Sequence record: FR725450.1
Reading direction: 5' to 3' (one strand)
DNA length: 23,750 nt
Shown: positions 22,722 through 23,750 of the stretch, piece after piece
Layout: each line of letters begins with the position of its first letter
Numbering within the stretch: position 1 is the stretch's first letter
Position numbers and translations under genes: made by a program
Notes under the pieces: model-generated
Told to the model about the DNA's origin: nothing
Databases searched by the model: none
The model's input: the letters and a program-made list of their open reading frames with translations, nothing else

Positions 22722-23744
22722 TCATTCCCTTACCAGAAAGGCTCCAGTCCAGCCCTTCTCCGCAAACTCTGTCTTGTGGGCGTGGAACATGTACTGTCCA
22801 GGGTACTTGTACGTGAATTCCAGTATTGCACGCTCGCCCTGGCTCATAGTCACCATGTCCGCGTACTCGTCAGGAGTAAGGCTTGTGCCAGTGCGGTACA
22901 GGTGGAACAGGTTTCCGTGCAGGTGGAAATTGTTTATCTGGTCAAATTCGAGTATGTTTACCAGATACACGCGTACCGATTGATTCTTTTCAATCTGTAT
23001 TGGGTGATGCATGTAGTAGAACGGGATGCCGTTTACCGTGTAGAAATTATTTTCAGTGTCAAAATCAGTGTCGTACCCATTCATCATCATCACCATTTCA
23101 TCGGCTGGCGGGCGCGGCCCCTTCGGGTCGACGATGTATGCGCCATAAAGACCGTGGGCAATATGTTCTTCAAGGGGCTGTACATGGCAATGGTATAGGT
23201 GTAAGCCAAAGGGCTCCGCCGTAAACTCGTAGATAAATCGGCCTCCCGGCGCGACTTGATCAAATGCACCATCCATTTCAGCGGCATGGATACTGTGAAA
23301 GTGCATCGTGTGTGGAAGAGTGCCATTATTGACAAAGTGGATGCGCACAAGGTCGCCTTCAGTTGCGCGGATCGTAGGACCGGGGACGGTGCCATTGAAC
23401 GTCCACACATTGTAGGAAACGCCTGGCGACACTTCCATCACTCGCTTGTCGTCTGCCACTATCGTAAACTCTCGAAGAGTTGTCCCGTCAGGCAGCTTTG
23501 ACACGTGCCCGTAGTTGAACTCGCGCAGATATTTGTCAGGATCTACAACTGCATTGCTCAGTTGCCTGCTATCATGCTCTGGGTCAAGCACGTCGCCTGT
23601 CGTCCTGTAGATGCCTGTACTGTGGCCTGCGACCATCTTGTCTTCATTTTGCGCCCCTGCCTGCATTTTAACCGACGAAAAAGCCATCACGCTTCCTGCA
23701 ACAGCTACAGCCATAACCGCCACCAGCAACATATTGCCGGACAA
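22722..23744 (-). CDS. Secreted two-domain multicopper oxidase (T1 site in domain 1); 5' end may extend beyond the window
   Basis: Signal peptide; domain 1 HTMHFH and YHCHVQPLEEHIAHGL; domain 2 FHLHG and FHAH (no T1 Cys). The frame is open to the window edge. Confidence 0.9.
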   Translation of the reverse strand: MSGNMLLVAVMAVAVAGSVMAFSSVKMQAGAQNEDKMVAGHSTGIYRTTGDVLDPEHDSRQLSNAVVDPDKYLREFNYGHVSKLPDGTTLREFTIVADDKRVMEVSPGVSYNVWTFNGTVPGPTIRATEGDLVRIHFVNNGTLPHTMHFHSIHAAEMDGAFDQVAPGGRFIYEFTAEPFGLHLYHCHVQPLEEHIAHGLYGAYIVDPKGPRPPADEMVMMMNGYDTDFDTENNFYTVNGIPFYYMHHPIQIEKNQSVRVYLVNILEFDQINNFHLHGNLFHLYRTGTSLTPDEYADMVTMSQGERAILEFTYKYPGQYMFHAHKTEFAEKGWTGAFLVRE

Positions 23745-23750
23745 ACGAAC

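Noticed and set aside
22722-23744. nirK nitrite reductase call
   Set aside because: HCH in domain 1 and HxH pairs in both domains indicate trinuclear-cluster ligands of a 2dMCO, not the NirK type-2 site.
1-23750. CRISPR array, tRNA or rRNA genes
   Set aside because: The recurring TAGTTCTC motif is short and irregularly spaced by whole genes, not spacers. No tRNA or rRNA signatures seen.

Overview
Archaeal window that most likely comes from Nitrososphaerales (ammonia-oxidising Thaumarchaeota). This is inferred from the gene content and archaeal BRE/TATA promoters, not from a search. Host genes flank both sides: DUF72 on the left; two small Nitrososphaera-type genes, cbiH, a lone N-terminal domain and a two-domain multicopper oxidase on the right. 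Between them (~860-20400) lies a ~19.5 kb siphovirus-like (Caudoviricetes) morphogenesis cluster. It holds a divergent repressor/regulator switch, TerL, portal, a protease-scaffold-capsid polyprotein, adaptor, tail terminator, tail tube, G/GT chaperones with a -1 slippery site, an HK97-gp10-like gene, tape measure, hub and tail fibres. I found no integrase, att repeat, replication gene or small terminase, so it may be a domesticated, GTA-like element or a defective provirus. Three signals stand out. (1) A low-GC cassette extends the portal C-terminus with an 'NPYHDERGRF' linker that overlaps, one frameshift away, an intact RelA/SpoT-type small alarmone synthetase. A small immunity-like gene and a decayed paralog of it follow, which is the layout of a polymorphic toxin locus. 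(2) A TAGTTCTCT+T-tract motif recurs about 14 times, 34-38 nt (mostly exactly 35) upstream of structural gene starts, like a non-TATA late promoter. (3) Phased AACATGTT operator-like boxes lie between the divergent regulators, one of which is split by a 1-nt frameshift in a T4C5G4 tract.
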